NCBI GenBank assembly: GCA_965242965.1
Contig: OZ251518.1
Span: 4,608,001 to 4,672,000 of the forward strand
DNA: 64,000 bases
Direction: 5' to 3'
From: Candidatus Poribacteria bacterium
GTDB lineage: Bacteria; Poribacteria; WGA-4E; WGA-3G
The position numbers were made by a program, and so were the translations under genes. Below the pieces are notes generated by a model that saw nothing but the letters and a program-made list of their open reading frames with translations, searched no databases and was not told the origin of the DNA. Below are positions 20,347 through 29,895 of the stretch, piece after piece. Every line of letters starts with the position of its first letter. Position 1 is the first letter of the stretch.

Positions 20347-21219
20347 TCAATCTATCTGTTCGCTGCCTGTCTGTTCGCTGCGCGCCATCATTTCGATATC
20401 AAACCCTTCCTTCCGAATGCGAAGATCGAAGTAGAGGAGCATCGAACCGATGGTTAAAATCGGTGCCGTGAACGTAGCGAAGAGAACATCAAAGAACATC
20501 TGCGCCGCATAAGACAAGAGAGAAGTCTTGAACGGATCCGGTCCCGTCCACATTCTGAGCAGCCACTGCCACAAGCCCTCTTCCGTTGTCACTATGCCGC
20601 TGAACGAGAGAGCAAAGTCTAGGGTGGCTTTAAGAATGAATAGCAGCATCATCCAGAGGAGAAAAATAGCGAAGGTGATACCGAAAACGCGCCACCATGT
20701 GCCTTTGACTAACTGGCTACTTCGCCGAAACGCCTCACGTGCAGTCTTTCCTTCAAACAGCACAGGCATACTGCAGAGTCCCCAGCGGTTCCCCAGATAG
20801 ATTGCGAAGGGGCTTCCGATAATCGTTACTGCCAGTCCGCCTACAGCCAAAAACCAGAGGAACTGGGTGCCGAGATACGGCAAAAACCGGCGGCCGGCTT
20901 GCCGCAGTGCCGCGCTCAGCGTAATCTGCCGCCCTAAATAGCACTGCGCACCCACGACGTATGTCCCAGCGGTAACGAACAAAAACACAAAAGGAATAAC
21001 GAATAAACTGAATAGGAACATCGACAGCGACAAGTCTGCTGGCGATGGACTTGAAAGTTTACCAAGCAGGTTCAGGCAAAACGCTGCAATGAGATGAATG
21101 GCGAGAATTCCGAAAAACAGCCGGAAATGGTTCCGGTAGAGGGTGAAGGTGCCGTCCAAAATGTCCGAAAATCCCATCGGTTGCAGCGCGGCCGGGGGTG
21201 AATCGTTTTGTTCAAACAT
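20347..21219 (-). CDS. Multi-TM membrane protein of MoxR clusters (paralog B)
   Basis: Same motifs as paralog A; alternative start 21255. Confidence 0.8.
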   Translation of the reverse strand: MFEQNDSPPAALQPMGFSDILDGTFTLYRNHFRLFFGILAIHLIAAFCLNLLGKLSSPSPADLSLSMFLFSLFVIPFVFLFVTAGTYVVGAQCYLGRQITLSAALRQAGRRFLPYLGTQFLWFLAVGGLAVTIIGSPFAIYLGNRWGLCSMPVLFEGKTAREAFRRSSQLVKGTWWRVFGITFAIFLLWMMLLFILKATLDFALSFSGIVTTEEGLWQWLLRMWTGPDPFKTSLLSYAAQMFFDVLFATFTAPILTIGSMLLYFDLRIRKEGFDIEMMARSEQTGSEQID

Positions 21220-21274
21220 AGTTTTCCGTGCTCCATTATTCGTTAGGAGAGCCATTCGTGTCTTGATTTCCGAG

Positions 21275-21392
21275 GTATCGGGACAAGGATGTCCCTCCTA
21301 CCGCCAAGAATAAGACGTATCGGGACAAGGATGTCCCTCCTACCGGTTTCAATCTATCGGGACAGGGATGTCCCTCCTACCGCGAAGAATAA
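21275..21392. repeat. Three tandem REP hairpins (GTAGGAGGGACATCCyTGTCCCG, minus strand)
   Basis: TATCGGGACArGGATGTCCCTCCTACCG three times. Confidence 0.85.
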
Positions 21393-21418
21393 ATGGTTTT
21401 TGTGAATACAAAGACATT

Positions 21419-22429
21419 CTATCGCATTTCGCCTTTTGTGTCAAATAGCGCATCAACCAACCGCTGCATATCAGCAGGCATCGGCGCGGAAAATGAGAGG
21501 CGTTCGCGCGTGACAGGATGCACAAACCCAAGCGTGTGCGCATGCAACGCTTGACGTTTCAGTTGCGAAAGTGCCTGCTTGACACGGCTAGACTCTGTCT
21601 CGTGCATGGCGCGTTTCGCGCCGCCGTAGACAGCATCGCCGGCAACCGGATGCCCGATGTGCTGCAGATGCACACGGATTTGATGAAGCCGTCCTGTCTC
21701 CAACCGCAGTCGAAGAAGCGCGAATTTGTCATAACTTTCTGCAACTTCGTAGTGCGTAACGGCGCGCCGGCCATCTGCTTCTACCGTTGTCATGCGCCGC
21801 CGGTCGCGGCGGCTTCTCGCAATCTGTGCATCGATAGTCCCAAATGCATTCGCGGGTGTGCCGCACACCACGGCGACATAGTGTCGCGTCATCGCGCGCG
21901 CCTCTAACTGCCTAGAAAGTTCGCGATGCACGTCATCTGTTTTCGCCACAACGAGCAGACCCGAGGTATCTTTATCAAGCCGATGCACAATGCCGAGACG
22001 TTCGGCACCGCCGATGCTAGACAGACTTGTCTTGTGCGCGAGGAGCGCGTTGACAAGCGTCCCTGTGTTAACGCCGCTTGCTGGATGCACGAGCATCCCC
22101 GCCGGTTTGTTGATAACGATGAGGTGGCTGTCTTCGTGAGAAATGTCCAGCGGAATGGGCTCAGGCTGAAGAGTTTTCACCGAACGCAACTGCGGAACCG
22201 CAAAACAGAGGCAGTCGCCGCGCCGGAGAGAATAACTCGGCTGTTTCGCAACCTTGCCGTTGAGCGTGACTGCCCCACCGCGAATCAGTTTTTGGAGAGA
22301 AGTGCGAGAGAATCCGGACTGGAAGCGCGAATTTTGCAGCTGTTCCAGCAGAAATCGATCCAAGCGGACACCGTGCTGCCCTGTTTGAACGTGGTAAATT
22401 CGCGTTTCATTTGCCATAAACATTTCCAC
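21419..22429 (-). CDS. rluD: RluA-family pseudouridine synthase (RluD-like)
   Basis: S4 domain (RLDRFL), NKPAGMLVHP, GIVHRLDKDTSG, LETGRLHQIRVH, QALHA. Confidence 0.9.
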   Translation of the reverse strand: MEMFMANETRIYHVQTGQHGVRLDRFLLEQLQNSRFQSGFSRTSLQKLIRGGAVTLNGKVAKQPSYSLRRGDCLCFAVPQLRSVKTLQPEPIPLDISHEDSHLIVINKPAGMLVHPASGVNTGTLVNALLAHKTSLSSIGGAERLGIVHRLDKDTSGLLVVAKTDDVHRELSRQLEARAMTRHYVAVVCGTPANAFGTIDAQIARSRRDRRRMTTVEADGRRAVTHYEVAESYDKFALLRLRLETGRLHQIRVHLQHIGHPVAGDAVYGGAKRAMHETESSRVKQALSQLKRQALHAHTLGFVHPVTRERLSFSAPMPADMQRLVDALFDTKGEMR

Positions 22430-22521
22430 TTGGCGTAGCGTGGTTGCCTGTCCCTTCTACTTGATGACGGTAGCACATGGTGCATCGAGACCAGGAGGTC
22501 TCTCCTACCGAGGTGCCCATT

Positions 22522-23310
22522 CTACTTGATGACGGTAGCACCTTCCATGTCTGACTCATCTAATTCGACGGTTGTGCCATCATCATACTGAATAGTGATC
22601 TTAGCACCTTCGGGAAGGTTCTTCCAATCCGAGGTCCCTACTAGGTCCGAGGTCCCTACTAGGATTGCCTGTCCACTTGAGGGCAACCCTCCCGGAACAT
22701 TTTTAAGCATCATGACAGTGGCACCGCTATCCAGTGCTGCGCGGAGGATTTCCAGAACTTGTTGCCCCCCTGCGAATCGCGCAGGCGCGATGGCTATGGA
22801 AGCCTCTGTCATATCAATCAGATCGTCGAGTGTCGCCGTGCCTGTCTGAATCCTGTCCATCACATCGGACATCACATCCACTTCTGGCGAATGTCCGTAT
22901 TCCTCTTCGATCGCCGCAACAAGTTCTTCGTTATTGAGTTCCTCGTCGGTAATATCAACGCTTTCGCGCAGCGCGGAGAGAGCCTGCTCTTCAAACATGT
23001 CAAGAAGTGCATCGTCTAGTACTGCCGTCTCTTCTGTTTGGATTTCAGGCGCATCGGGTTCTACCGCCTCTATATCCGGGGCTGGCATCTCCCGTTCTGA
23101 TTGCGTCTCAGGTTTTGCTGTCGTCACTGAAGATGGCGGCTGTTTGTCCAAGTTTTCCGTGTTTTCCGTTATCACCGTTTGTGGCGCGGGCTGAAGCGAT
23201 GCGTCAAACCGCTGGCGTGCCCAGTGTTCGTAAAGCACGAACCCACCGCAGATGACAAGCAGCAGGCCAAGTGCGCCGCCGATGACGCTTATCGTGTAAT
23301 TTCTGTCCAT
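22522..23310 (-). CDS. Membrane-anchored acidic hypothetical protein
   Basis: N-terminal TM, acidic low-complexity linker, GAGGA RBS. Confidence 0.7.
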   Translation of the reverse strand: MDRNYTISVIGGALGLLLVICGGFVLYEHWARQRFDASLQPAPQTVITENTENLDKQPPSSVTTAKPETQSEREMPAPDIEAVEPDAPEIQTEETAVLDDALLDMFEEQALSALRESVDITDEELNNEELVAAIEEEYGHSPEVDVMSDVMDRIQTGTATLDDLIDMTEASIAIAPARFAGGQQVLEILRAALDSGATVMMLKNVPGGLPSSGQAILVGTSDLVGTSDWKNLPEGAKITIQYDDGTTVELDESDMEGATVIK

Positions 23311-23347
23311 AATTTGTCCTCGTTTGAGAGTTTCGTTTGAAATAAGT

Positions 23348-23713
23348 GAGTTTCATATATCAATGGCTTCCCCGTAGGAGAGCCCTCCTGGTCTCGATTT
23401 TTCCAGTCGGTGCGCCCTCCCGGTCTCGATGCATGCCATGTTCCCGGTAGGAGAGCCCTCCTGGTCTCGATGTGGTTTGTATCGGGACAAGGATGTCCCT
23501 CCTACCGGAAGGCATCGGGCCCACCTTTGTAGTTCGGGAGCGCCCGCTCCCGAACGGGTCAGGAGCAGGCGCTCCTGCCCTACAGGGGTGAGGCGGTCTG
23601 ACAGCCAAACGCATGGCGAGGGACAGGCCCTCGCCCTACGTGAAAGGGAGGCGTTTTTTTTCGTAGCGCGGGGGCCTGTCACCGCGATGTCAAGCGATTT
23701 AGGAAACACCCTC
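23348..23713. mobile_element. Degenerate MITE of the GAGGGTGTTTCATA family
   Basis: Right end GATTTAGGAAACACCCTC; left end GAG-TTTCATA with a deletion; REP interior; imperfect flanking duplication TTTGAAATAAGT / TTTAAAATCAGT. Confidence 0.65.
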
Positions 23714-23723
23714 ATTTAAAATC

Positions 23724-23753
23724 AGTATACCACACTTTGCCAGAAAAAGTCAA
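23724..23753 (-). promoter_or_regulatory. Sigma70-type promoter for 23310, separated from it by the MITE
   Basis: TTGACT-N18-TATACT with extended TG. Confidence 0.5.
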
Positions 23754-23886
23754 ATCGTCAGAATTTAGACAAGGACTATTTCGTGTTTGATTTTCGCTAA
23801 ATAACACAAAACTTGCAATAATCTGCGGTTTTTGCTAAAATATACAATAGATATGGCAGACTCTGGTTTTCATAAGGAGGAATCCA

Positions 23887-24603
23887 ATGAAATTCACGAT
23901 GTATTGTTGGATTGTCATGGCAGCGATGCTCATCGCACCCGCGGTGTGGGCAATTCATGAAGAAGATAAAGGACCCGAGCAATTCGGGCGTTACGAATTC
24001 AAGGAGCAGGACATCAAGGAAGCAACCGATGCCTGCGACGCAGGCGGTAAACCCGGTCCCGAATTTGTCCCAACGGTTCGGGATAAGGAGCCGAATTTGG
24101 CACTGCTGAAAGATGCCAAAGCGGAGGCTTCCTCGCAGTTGGAAGGGTGGTGCCCCCGGCGGCACTGCATTGAATATCTCAACGATGGGTTCTATAACAA
24201 CTGCCGAAGTTGGATTATCGGCGCGATACCGGGCTGGGCACAGATTGACATCGGCGCAGTCGCGAATGTGAACCGCATCTTTTTCGCCAGCGATCACTCG
24301 CAAGGATTTCTTGACAGGACAACCGCTGACTTCGACATCCTTGTCGCCACGACGAAAGCCGATGCAGACTCGGACGCGAACACGTGGACGAAAGTTTACG
24401 AGCACAAGGGAGAACCGGTGAGTGAAACCACCGAGTTTACCTTCAAAGATGTAGAGGCACGCTGGGTGCGCCTCCATATCCGTGCAAATGGCGGCGCACG
24501 CGTCGATGAAATTGAGATTTATGGTGGACGCGACCCGATGGCTGTCGAACCCACCGGGAAATTGACGACAGTTTGGGGACAAATGAAATCGGATAAGTTC
24601 TGA
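23887..24603 (+). CDS. Secreted discoidin/F5-8-like beta-sandwich protein with C-terminal VEPxxKLxxxWG motif
   Basis: Signal peptide; WAQIDIG, EARWVRLHI, VDEIEIY; ends AVEPTGKLTTVWGQMKSDKF. Confidence 0.7.
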   Translation: MKFTMYCWIVMAAMLIAPAVWAIHEEDKGPEQFGRYEFKEQDIKEATDACDAGGKPGPEFVPTVRDKEPNLALLKDAKAEASSQLEGWCPRRHCIEYLNDGFYNNCRSWIIGAIPGWAQIDIGAVANVNRIFFASDHSQGFLDRTTADFDILVATTKADADSDANTWTKVYEHKGEPVSETTEFTFKDVEARWVRLHIRANGGARVDEIEIYGGRDPMAVEPTGKLTTVWGQMKSDKF

Positions 24604-24616
24604 TAAGGAGGCTCAC

Positions 24617-25345
24617 ATGCGATATGCAATTTTTCTCACCCTTATCCTCAGTCTCTTGGCAGGAACGGCGTTTGCCGATATCCTCTTCCAAGACGATTTT
24701 GAGAGTGGGGACATTGACAAAGCCAAATGGGCACCGCAAGCCAGTTGGCTAGTCGAAAACAACGATGACAAGCACGACGTGCTCGGCAAGAAAGTGCTTG
24801 ACGTTTGGGGCGGCGGAGTCGGGCTTACCGTCGATGACTTCCCCGAAGAATTTGACTATTACGCCGACTTCAAAACCATGGGTGGCGGCCTCACCGGGTT
24901 CGTCTTCCACGGTAGCGATGGCAATAACATCTATATGCATCAGGTATCCACAGCGGGTTCCGGGCATACACCGCAGCACATCCGATGGCACAGAAGAATC
25001 GGCGGCGCATGGGGTGTTGAACCCGATCCGTTTGCAGATAAGGAAAATCGCGACCAGGATGTCTGGTATCGCGTGAAGTTTGAGGTACGCAAGAATTACA
25101 AATTCAAGGTGTATCTCGGCGATGTCGGCGTGGAAAACGAAGACTTGGTTCTCGTCAGTGAATGGACTGATGCCCAGAAATCGTTCGAGGATGGCAAAAT
25201 TGGGTTCCGTATGAGCGGCGGCATTCGCGCCGGCGAACATGCACAATACGATAACGTCGTGGTTGCTACCCCGGCGTTTGACATTTTCCCGGTCGAACCG
25301 CGAGATAAACTCGCAGTGACATGGGGACAATTGAAGCGAAAATAA
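24617..25345 (+). CDS. Secreted ConA/DUF1080-like protein with C-terminal VEPRDKLAVTWG motif
   Basis: Signal peptide, LFQDDFESG, WYRVKFEV, GKIGFR, YDNVVV. Confidence 0.75.
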   Translation: MRYAIFLTLILSLLAGTAFADILFQDDFESGDIDKAKWAPQASWLVENNDDKHDVLGKKVLDVWGGGVGLTVDDFPEEFDYYADFKTMGGGLTGFVFHGSDGNNIYMHQVSTAGSGHTPQHIRWHRRIGGAWGVEPDPFADKENRDQDVWYRVKFEVRKNYKFKVYLGDVGVENEDLVLVSEWTDAQKSFEDGKIGFRMSGGIRAGEHAQYDNVVVATPAFDIFPVEPRDKLAVTWGQLKRK

Positions 25346-25362
25346 AAAGGAGATTCTCTAAA

Positions 25363-26082
25363 ATGCGATACGCAATTTGTTTCATGCTAATTCTCTGTGC
25401 AGGCACCGTGTCTGCCGAGATTCTGTTTCAAGACGATTTTGAGAGTGGTGCTATTGACGCTGACAAATGGGAGGCGCAAGGCACATGGATAATCGAGGAC
25501 AATGCCGATAACCACGCGGTGCTCGGCGCAAAGGTGCTCGACGTTTGGGGCGGCGGTGTCGGACTCACCGTTGATGACTTCCCCGAAGAATTTGACTATT
25601 ATGCCGACTTCAAGACCATGGATGGCGGCCTCACCGGGTTCGTCTTCCACGGTAGCGATGGCAATAATATCTACATGCATCAGGTATCCACGGCGGGTTC
25701 TGGGCATACGCCGCAGCACATCCGATGGCACAGACGCGTCGATGGGAACTGGGCAGCCGAACCGGGCGCGTTTGTTGACGGCGTTGACAGGGAGCAGGAT
25801 GTCTGGTACCGCGCGAAGTTTGAAGTCCGCGCAGGCTCTAGTTTCAAGGCATACATCGGCCCAGTTGGGGCAAGTCTCGCGGATTTGGCATTGGTAAGCG
25901 AGTGGACAGATTCGGAGAGCGCGCACTCCAAAGGCAAAATCGGGTTCCGCATGAGCGGCGGTGACCGGGCGGGCGAACACGCGCAGTATGATAACATCAC
26001 CGTTGTCACCCCCGACTTTAACCCGACACCGGTTGAACCGAGAGATAAACTGGCTTTGACATGGGGAGCCCTGAAACGGTGA
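25363..26082 (+). CDS. Paralog of 24617..25345
   Basis: Near-identical core; AAGGAG RBS; ends PVEPRDKLALTWGALKR. Confidence 0.75.
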   Translation: MRYAICFMLILCAGTVSAEILFQDDFESGAIDADKWEAQGTWIIEDNADNHAVLGAKVLDVWGGGVGLTVDDFPEEFDYYADFKTMDGGLTGFVFHGSDGNNIYMHQVSTAGSGHTPQHIRWHRRVDGNWAAEPGAFVDGVDREQDVWYRAKFEVRAGSSFKAYIGPVGASLADLALVSEWTDSESAHSKGKIGFRMSGGDRAGEHAQYDNITVVTPDFNPTPVEPRDKLALTWGALKR

Positions 26083-26084
26083 AC

Positions 26085-27089
26085 ATGTCTGAGAATCAAT
26101 TGTCCATCGGCATTATTGGCGCGGGCGGAATGGGGAGGCACCACGCCAAAGCGATTACCGACTACGGCGCGCGTGTCGTCGCTGTTCACGATGTTGTGCC
26201 TGAAGCGGCGCATGAACTCGCGACGCTTGCAGGCGCGAACATCGCAACGGATGCCTTGGATACCTTTTTTCACACGGAGATGGACGGCGTGGTGATTACC
26301 ACGCCGCCACCCGTTCGGTTAGAACCTATCCGCCGCGCGTGTGAACTCGGTATCGCGCTGATGGTTGAAAAACCACCTGCACTGAATATAGAAGAGGGAA
26401 GGCAATGCCTCGCCTACATTCAGGAAGCAGACGTAATCGCCGCTGTCGGTTTCCAACTCCGCTATCATCCGCTCTATGAACGGGTGAAGGCGTTGATTGC
26501 TTCGGAAACAGTGCACTTAGTCCGCACAGTCTGCACCTGCGATTACTATCTCAGTTTCCGCATGTCGCCGTGGTTCCTGCAGTCCGAGATAAGCGGCGGC
26601 CCGCTGGCAGAACAAGGTGTGCATGTACTGGATTGTGCCCGTTTCATCATGGGAAATCCAAAGCCGGTGCAGGCACACGCGCTCGCCGTGAAAAATATGG
26701 CATTGGAACGCAACGAGTTTGACGCTGAAAATGCCGTCCAAATGACGTATCAGTTGGACAACGGCGTTTTCGGCACACACCTCAATCACTGTGGCACCGA
26801 ACGCTTCTGTTTTGACGTTGAAGTCGTCGGGCCGCATCTCCGTTTACAAGCGAATCTCTCCGACAATCGGGTGCGCGGGTATCTCAACGGCGAGGTGATT
26901 GACGAACCTGCCGCCACCGAGAATAGTTTAGGATTGGATAAAACCGGGGCGTGGCTGCGCGCTGTTGCGACAGGGGACAGGACGCTGATTCGTTCGGATT
27001 TCGCCGATGCATTGGAGACGCTGGCACTCATTGATGCCGCTGTCAAAAGTAGAGGCACCGGCAGATTCATTCACGTGGAGGATTTGTAA
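26085..27089 (+). CDS. Gfo/Idh/MocA oxidoreductase
   Basis: IGIIGAGGMGRHH, VEKPPA, VGFQLRY, SGGPLAEQGVHVLD. Confidence 0.9.
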   Translation: MSENQLSIGIIGAGGMGRHHAKAITDYGARVVAVHDVVPEAAHELATLAGANIATDALDTFFHTEMDGVVITTPPPVRLEPIRRACELGIALMVEKPPALNIEEGRQCLAYIQEADVIAAVGFQLRYHPLYERVKALIASETVHLVRTVCTCDYYLSFRMSPWFLQSEISGGPLAEQGVHVLDCARFIMGNPKPVQAHALAVKNMALERNEFDAENAVQMTYQLDNGVFGTHLNHCGTERFCFDVEVVGPHLRLQANLSDNRVRGYLNGEVIDEPAATENSLGLDKTGAWLRAVATGDRTLIRSDFADALETLALIDAAVKSRGTGRFIHVEDL

Positions 27090-27427
27090 TGGTAGATTGG
27101 GCGTATTTGCGGAACAGCTGAACCTCGTGCAAAAAAGTGCAAGAGGTTCTTGACACACAGAACGTAGCGATAGCGAATCGCTCGGATGCGCGAAAAGAGA
27201 AGTTGGATGCGACAGCGGTTTGGGAACGCCTCGGCACCGCGACGCGCGTCGTGGTAGCGAAGGGAAAGCGCGTGGAAACCTTCGTCCCAACGGAAGACGC
27301 GCAGGATGTAATTCTGAAGGCAGTCATGGGACGGAGTGGTAACCTCCGCGCGCCGACGTTGCAAATCGCCGATGTCTTTTACGTCGGATACAACGATGCT
27401 CTCTACGCGGAGGGCCCTTTCAGTTAG
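27089..27427 (+). CDS. ArsC-family (seleno)protein, UxxC motif, in-frame TGA at 27119-27121
   Basis: ATG overlaps the upstream TAA, GGAGG RBS; MVDWAYLRNS-U-TSCKKVQEVL in frame with ORF 27137; C-terminal GRSGNLRAPT; hairpin after UGA. Confidence 0.75.
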
Positions 27428-27429
27428 CA

Positions 27430-27725
27430 GAGCCGGTAGGCGAGCCCTCCCGGTCTCGATTTCTTCCTAGTAGGAGAGACCTCCTGGTCTCGATGCAATC
27501 GGGCGGCGCGCCTACCGGGGCAGCGGCGGCAGAAAACCCTCCTTCATCGTAGGGCGAGGGCCTGTCCCTCGCCATGCGTTTGGCTGGCAGACCTCCTCCC
27601 CTCTGTAGGTCAGGATCGCCTGATCCTGACCCGTTCGGGAGCGGGCGCTCCCGAACTACAGAGGTAGGCCCGATGCGCGCCCCGCAAGGGGGGGATAAAT
27701 ACCGAAACGGAGTTATGAAACACCC
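27430..27725. repeat. REP-module cassette with one TIR-like end
   Basis: GTAG hairpins; ends TTATGAAACACCC. Confidence 0.8.
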
Positions 27726-27783
27726 GTAGTTAGGCGCGCTTTCTCGGCGTGCATCCAAACCGCTTTAGAATAGGGAAAAACCA

Positions 27784-28545
27784 ATGGCGATTGAAAAGAT
27801 TCTCATCACCGGCGCAGCCGGATATTTGGCGCGGTTTATCATTGAACAGCTGCAACCCACATATCAACTGACGCTGGCAGACGTTATTGAACCCGTAAGA
27901 TACGACGCGCATCGCTTTATCAAAACCGATGTTACGCAGGCAGAGGAAGTTGAGGCGGCGTGTGCAGGACAAGATGCCGTAGTTCACCTCGTCGCGTTAG
28001 TACGGGAGCGGCACGGCAAACCTGCCTCGCTTTACGCAGATGTCATGGTGAAAGGCACGTGGCATGTAGCGGAGGCGTGCGTGCATCAAGGCGTGCAAAA
28101 ACTAGTGAACATCTCCAGCATCTCGGCGTGTCCACCCTCTCCCGATGGAAAGTTGCCGTATCGAGATGGCGATGCCATCCGTTTTAGCAAAGGGGACATC
28201 CATTACGCACTAGCGAAACAACTCGGTGAGCAGCTCTGTCATGCGTATCATCAAGCGCATGGGCTCAGCGTGATTCACGTCCGTCCCGGTGTCATCGCAG
28301 GCGATGGACATAATCCGGGGCCGTCAGCACCTGATGTCGTCACAGAACCGTGGTTCGTCTACGTAGAGCCGGAGGATGTGGCGCAGTGCGTTGCGCGTGC
28401 CATTGAGACAGAAACGGTGAACTATGGCGCGTATCACGCCGTCGCCGGCCGCGCCGATGCACGTTTCGATTGGAAGCAAGCAGCATCAGAGTTAGGATAT
28501 GCACCGGAACACAATTGGCCCGAGATCCCTCTCTGTAGTTTGTGA
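27784..28545 (+). CDS. NAD-dependent epimerase/dehydratase
   Basis: ILITGAAGYLA, VNISS, YALAK. Confidence 0.9.
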   Translation: MAIEKILITGAAGYLARFIIEQLQPTYQLTLADVIEPVRYDAHRFIKTDVTQAEEVEAACAGQDAVVHLVALVRERHGKPASLYADVMVKGTWHVAEACVHQGVQKLVNISSISACPPSPDGKLPYRDGDAIRFSKGDIHYALAKQLGEQLCHAYHQAHGLSVIHVRPGVIAGDGHNPGPSAPDVVTEPWFVYVEPEDVAQCVARAIETETVNYGAYHAVAGRADARFDWKQAASELGYAPEHNWPEIPLCSL

Positions 28546-28851
28546 TCGCCTGATCACAAACGGGTATGCACCGGAACACAGTCGGCCCGGAATACCGTAG
28601 CGCGGGGGCCCTCGGATGCCATACGCGCATGCGAGCGGGTTTCCCCCGCGATCTCCATGTATGCACCGGAACACAATTGGCCCGAAATACCTCTCTGTAG
28701 TTTGTGATCGCCTGATCACAAACGGGTATACACCGGAACACAATCGGCCCGGAATACCGTAGCGCGAGGGCCCTCGGATGCCATACGCGCATGCGAGCGG
28801 GTTTCCCTCGCGATCCTCGTATGCACCGGAACACAATCGACCCGAAATTCC
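28498..28851 (+). repeat. Array of five 32-bp gene-end direct repeats separated by four REP modules
   Basis: TATGCACCGGAACACAATyGGCCCG... at 28498, 28565, 28660, 28727 and 28820. Confidence 0.9.
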
Positions 28852-28860
28852 AGAAAAACA

Positions 28861-29895
28861 ATGCAAATAGACGAGAAACGCGCAACAGGCCGCTACTACA
28901 CCCGCGGAAATCCATTTCTATTGAAACCTTTCCGCGCGTGGGCAGAAGCACTCAACCTAAACCAACAGACCGTTTTAGAACCCTTCGCCGGCGATAATAG
29001 CATTCCGCAACTTATCCGGGAAGCACAGTTGCAGTGCCGAGACTGGGCTCTTTTCGACATCAAGCCCGCCGCCGCCGAGGTCAAACAGCACGATACACTC
29101 GCCGATTTTCCGAAAGGGTTTGACGTGTGTATCACGAACCCGCCGTGGCTTGCGCGCAACTCGGCGACGCGCCGAGGACTGCCGTTTCCAAGCGATACCC
29201 AACACAATGATATCTACAAATACGCATTAGAAAAATGCTTAACAAATTGCAAGTGGGTCGCGGCGATTATCCCAGAGGCGTTCATTCGGAGTGGGTTGTT
29301 CCTGCATCGGTTGCGCGATTTCGTCTCATTAGTTCCGCAAGAGCAACAGGTGCAAGGTTGCAAACCGAACCTACCGGGGGATGGAGCAAAAGTGTCACCC
29401 TTCATGTTTGCGGATACCGAACATCCTGTTGGGCTTGCGCTGTTTGGGCCCCCAGTAATTACGCTTTCCGTGAAAATCTGGCGCAACAATCAACTCCTCG
29501 GCGAACTAGAAAAACTCCGTTCACATCTGCCGCCCCGTTCCCACAATCGCGAGATTGTGTTCAATGAACCGATGGGAAATGTCGGACTCATTGCGATAGA
29601 TAACACCGTCGCCGCCTCTATTCGTTTTTGTCCACCGGCGGAGTTAGCCGGGTATTCTGTCCGTTATCAGGGACGTTTCATCACGAAGCTCCACGTGCCG
29701 TGGGAGGTGGATGTAGTGGAGCTCAATGCGCACCTTGCGAACATCCGTGAGAAGACGCACGATGTCTTTCTGACTGCGTTCAAAGGGCTGCGCCGTGATG
29801 GGCAATATCGGCGGCGGTTGGATTGGGCATTGGCTCGCGCGATTGTCGATGCAGCGCGATCGGAAACCGCAGAATTATTCCGTTCTGTCCAGTAG
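28861..29895 (+). CDS. Amino-DNA methyltransferase (gamma-like motif order)
   Basis: GRYYT, LEPFAG, ITNPPW. Confidence 0.75.
   Translation: MQIDEKRATGRYYTRGNPFLLKPFRAWAEALNLNQQTVLEPFAGDNSIPQLIREAQLQCRDWALFDIKPAAAEVKQHDTLADFPKGFDVCITNPPWLARNSATRRGLPFPSDTQHNDIYKYALEKCLTNCKWVAAIIPEAFIRSGLFLHRLRDFVSLVPQEQQVQGCKPNLPGDGAKVSPFMFADTEHPVGLALFGPPVITLSVKIWRNNQLLGELEKLRSHLPPRSHNREIVFNEPMGNVGLIAIDNTVAASIRFCPPAELAGYSVRYQGRFITKLHVPWEVDVVELNAHLANIREKTHDVFLTAFKGLRRDGQYRRRLDWALARAIVDAARSETAELFRSVQ

Noticed and set aside
12616-21255. MoxR/DUF58/RDD/SpoIIM cluster as a novel system
   Set aside because: A known widespread gene cluster; only the tandem membrane paralogs differ
24617-26082. Recent gene conversion or DGR between the ConA-like paralogs
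   Set aside because: The shared core has scattered, mostly synonymous changes, consistent with ordinary purifying selection
28498-28851. CRISPR array
   Set aside because: The repeat is coding sequence of the adjacent gene, the spacers are repetitive REP modules of two alternating types, and no cas genes are in the window
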